Positions 60,693 through 64,000 of a stretch of DNA of 64,000 bases are shown in pieces. A model generated the notes under the pieces. That model worked only from the letters and a program-made list of their open reading frames with translations, ran no database searches and was not told the DNA's origin. Source of the stretch: Torpedo marmorata (lineage: Eukaryota); the NCBI GenBank assembly GCA_977017645.1, contig OZ360231.1:868001-932000 (forward strand), read 5' to 3'. How positions within the stretch are numbered: the stretch's first letter is position 1; every line of letters begins with the position of its first letter. The position numbers were made by a program, and so were the translations under genes.

Positions 60693-61869
60693 TGCTAACT
60701 ATCCTTGAGTAGACTGTACTTCTCCAAATGCTCATAAATCCTATCTTTAAGAATCCTCTCCAATAGTTTGCACACCAGTCTATAATTCCCAGGATTCTCC
60801 CTATTACCTTTTTTAAACAAGGGGACCACATTTGCCATTCTCCAATCCTCCGGCACCTTCCCTGTGGCCAAAGAGGATACAAAGATCATAGCCAGTGCCC
60901 TGGCTATCTCTTCCCTTCCTTCCCACAGCAACCTGGGGTACATCACATCTGACCCCAGGGACTTATCAATCTTAATGTTTTTAAGAAGATCCAGCACCTC
61001 CTCTTCCTTAATCTCAACATCATTCAGCACACAAGCCTGTTCTATTCCGACCTCACCCTGATCAAGGTCCTCTTCTCTGGTGAATACTGAAGCAAAATAT
61101 TTATTTAGGACCTCCCCAACCTCCTTCACCTCCAGACACGTTGCCTCCTTTATCCTTAAGCGGTCCCACCTTCATTCTCGTCACCCTGTTCTTCACATAT
61201 GCATAGAACGTCTTGGGGTTCTCCTTAATCCTACTTGCCTAGGTCTTCTCATGCCCCCTTCGAGCTCTCCTAAGTCCTTTCTTGAGTTCCTTCCTGCCTA
61301 CCATATAATTCCTATTTCCTGTTTCCTAAATCTAATGTACACTTCCTTCGTTTTCTTAACCAGCTGCCTCACCTGTTTTGTCAACCACAGTTCCCTTTTC
61401 CTACCATCATTTCCCTATTTCAGTGGGACAAACCTATCCTGAACCCAGCGCAAGTTGTCCCAAAACATCCTCCAAATTACTTCTGTGCTTTCTTCCGTGA
61501 ACATCTGTTCCCAATTTACTCTCCCTAGTTCCTAACTCATCCCATCGTAATTAGCCCTTACCCAATTGAACACTTTCCCATTTTGTTTGCTTTTATCCTT
61601 GTCGATAGCTATGCTAAAGCTCAGGGAGTTGTAGTCACTATCACTGAAATGCTCCCCCACTGAGAGGTCTGCCACCTGACCAGGTTCATTACCCAGTACT
61701 AGATCCAGTACGGCCCCTCATTCATTCATATTCAGACTGTCGGCTGGACCACATATTGTGTCAGGAATCCTTCTTGGACACACCTGACAAATTCTGCCCC
61801 ATCTATCCCTCTTGCAGTCAGGAAGTGCCAGACAACATTAGGGAAGTTGAACTCTCCCATGACAACAAC

Positions 61870-62266
61870 CAGGGTCGACGCCAAGGGGGGGGGGACATTT
61901 GTGGGCATTGCCCCCCCAAACGAGATGTTGTGACCCCCCCATATGCTCGTGGCCATTGCCCCCCAGATCACTGTCAGACCCATTTGCGCCCCCTGACTAC
62001 GGTCAGACCCACCCCCACCCCCGCCCGCATCACTAGCATGCGTCAAGCATCATTAGCGTCTCCTCTAGCGACGCTTGACGCACGCTAGTGATGCCAGAGA
62101 CTCTCCACGACCACGTAATATAAGCAGCGCTTTCGTCGGCTACGTCAGAGGACGTTAATATTCGGTAGGTAGCCACTACCACGAGCACCCCCCACCCCGC
62201 TGAGCGAGTTTTCGAGCGTTAGACTGTGCCCCCCCCCCGCTAAGACTCGTTCTGGCGCCGACCCTG
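61870..62266. mobile_element. hAT-superfamily MITE (397 bp) inserted in CR1
   Basis: TIRs CAGGGTCGACGCCA / TGGCGCCGACCCTG (13/14 match). 8-bp TSD ACAACAAC / ACAACAAA. Confidence 0.88.
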
Positions 62267-62879
62267 ACAACAAACCTGTAATTTCTGCACCATTCCAAAA
62301 TCTGCCTACTTATCTGTTCCTCTGTGTCCCGAGGGCTATTTGGGGGCCTATAGACTACTCCCAATACAGTGATTGCTCCCTTCCTATTTCTGACTTCTAT
62401 CCACACCGACTCAGTAGACATTCCCTCTACAGCGACCTCCCTTTCTACAGCCATGATACTATCCCTGACCAGTAATGCTACTCCCCCTCTCTTACCTCCC
62501 ATCCTATTCCTTTTAAATTTAAATGAAACAATTTGCTAGCCTTCTTCATGATTTAACTATCTGAATTTAATAATGTTCTATATGATAGGCATTTCCTTTG
62601 CAGTGAGATTATCTTGTCCTGTTGCACTGATCAAATACTCCTCTGAAATCTATTATTATATGTAAGGGTCCAGTGTGGTCCCGAAGCCAGGATTTAAAAT
62701 GGGCCATTAATTGGAAGTTGTAACTGATCTCAATGCCACAGGGCAAGGAACGAAAATCTCTTAATCTCTGAATCAGAGTAAACAAGTGGAAAACAAAAAA
62801 TAACAGGGTGGAGGAACTCAGTGGGTCAGACAGCATCTGTGGAGGGAAATAGTCGGCTGATTGGCTGAAATCATCTTCA

Positions 62880-63485
62880 GTCCTAGCGCGACAGGTAGTT
62901 ACAGAGGATCTTTGGTAAATTCATGCTGTAGAATGGAAATTAAAAGATTAAAAATTAAAATTGAAAGATTTATTTACAAATATAAGGAAAACAACCCTCT
63001 GTTCAAGTAATTGGTGAGACCTCACTGAGAATGTTGTGTGCATTTCTGTTCTCTGAGCTGCAAGAAAGATGTCATTAAACTAGAATTCACCAGGACTTGC
63101 CAGGACTGAAGGACTTGAGTCATAAGGACAGACTGGATACTTGGTATCTTTATTCCCCAGAGTGGAGGAGGCTGACTTTAATCATAAGCCTATATAAGGT
63201 AAGTAGTCCTAATATTTTTCCCCAAGTCAGGAGATTCTAAAATTGGAAGTTGTGGTGTTAAGGTGGGAAGGAAAGATTTAAAAGGGACTTGAAGGACAAC
63301 TTCTTCACATAGAAGATGGTGGGACTATGCAATAAGCTGCCAAAGGAAGTAGTAGAGGGCATTTGGACGAGAATCTGGATGGGAAAGGTTAAGGGGGATA
63401 AGGGCCAAATGCAGGATGATAGCACTTGCTTAAGTAGACAACTTGATCAGGAAGAACGAGTTGGGCCGAAGGGTCTAGCTCCGTA
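62880..63485 (+). mobile_element. Decayed CR1 3' remnant
   Basis: TTGGTGAGACCTCAC, AACTTCTTCACATAGAAGATGGTG and GTTGGGCCGAAGGG resemble the CR1 3' region. Confidence 0.6.
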
Positions 63486-64000
63486 TTGTGGAGGCATCAA
63501 AGACGGAATCTTAAAGTTAGAGCTAGCCCATTGAAGTGGAGAAAATACACATTCACACAAAATGTGGTCGGAATTTAAAAGTCCCCTGAAAGACTGTTCA
63601 TGCTGCGAAGCTGATGAATGTTTTCATCGAGAAATAAGAAGCAAAGACAAGTAAATGAAGAGGATATGTTATCAAACCGTCGACAGGCCAGGCTCCAGGA
63701 GTTGGATGGCTCACTCCAACTTCTTGTGTTCGCTCACGGAAACCTGGAGCAATCTACTAACCGAGGAGGAGACATCAGCGCAGAGAATATCCACTAAGCC
63801 TTATGGTCGCACACAGTCTGCACTTCTGTCAGAGGTCTCAGCGATTAAGTACTTCTGAGGAGCCGTCGCTGTTGGAATGAGCACAGAAAGCTTCCACAGA
63901 CAGCAATGTGGTAACGTCCGATCACCACGGGAATCGCAGCCAGCGCTTTACTCGCAGCTGGAATCACTGTCCCGACTGTGTTTCACCTTGGACCTGTGAG

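Larger units (their letters stand above)
58219..62515 (-). mobile_element. CR1 LINE (APE to 3' end) carrying two L1 fragments and a hAT MITE
   Basis: GGVALLVR, GVVYRPPN, GEFNFP, PEDWRMANVVPLFKKG, YMDFSKAFD, FSLERRRVRGDLIEVYKI. Same family as 7139-10455. Confidence 0.92.

Overview
Repeat-dense vertebrate genomic DNA. The mix of HE1/V-SINEs, Deu-domain SINEs, CR1, Rex1-like, L1 and Penelope-like elements points to a cartilaginous fish (shark, ray or skate); this is an inference. Most of the window is nested retroelements. The only host coding sequence I recognise is a terminal exon at 14967-15035 (+), EVRKQRIALESQLEHFRPIPHT*, which resembles the C-terminus of REPS2/POB1. It is followed by a probable long 3'UTR that contains a young antisense L1. 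The most notable structure is a Penelope-like (Neptune-type) family. It comprises a near full-length 4.4 kb element (15-bp TSD, ~355-bp inverted terminal arm, RT plus GIY-YIG, 57-bp coding tandem repeat) and 200-250 bp palindromic TSD-flanked mini-elements built only from its terminus, which carries a hammerhead-ribozyme-like motif. Every young copy of that motif has U instead of C at core position 3. Also present are a twin-primed (5'-inverted) L1, an L1 nested head-to-head inside a same-family L1, a GC-rich non-autonomous element with a LINE-type tail, and a hAT MITE with an internal hairpin. All family assignments come from motif recognition by eye; no database searches were run and boundaries of old repeats are approximate.
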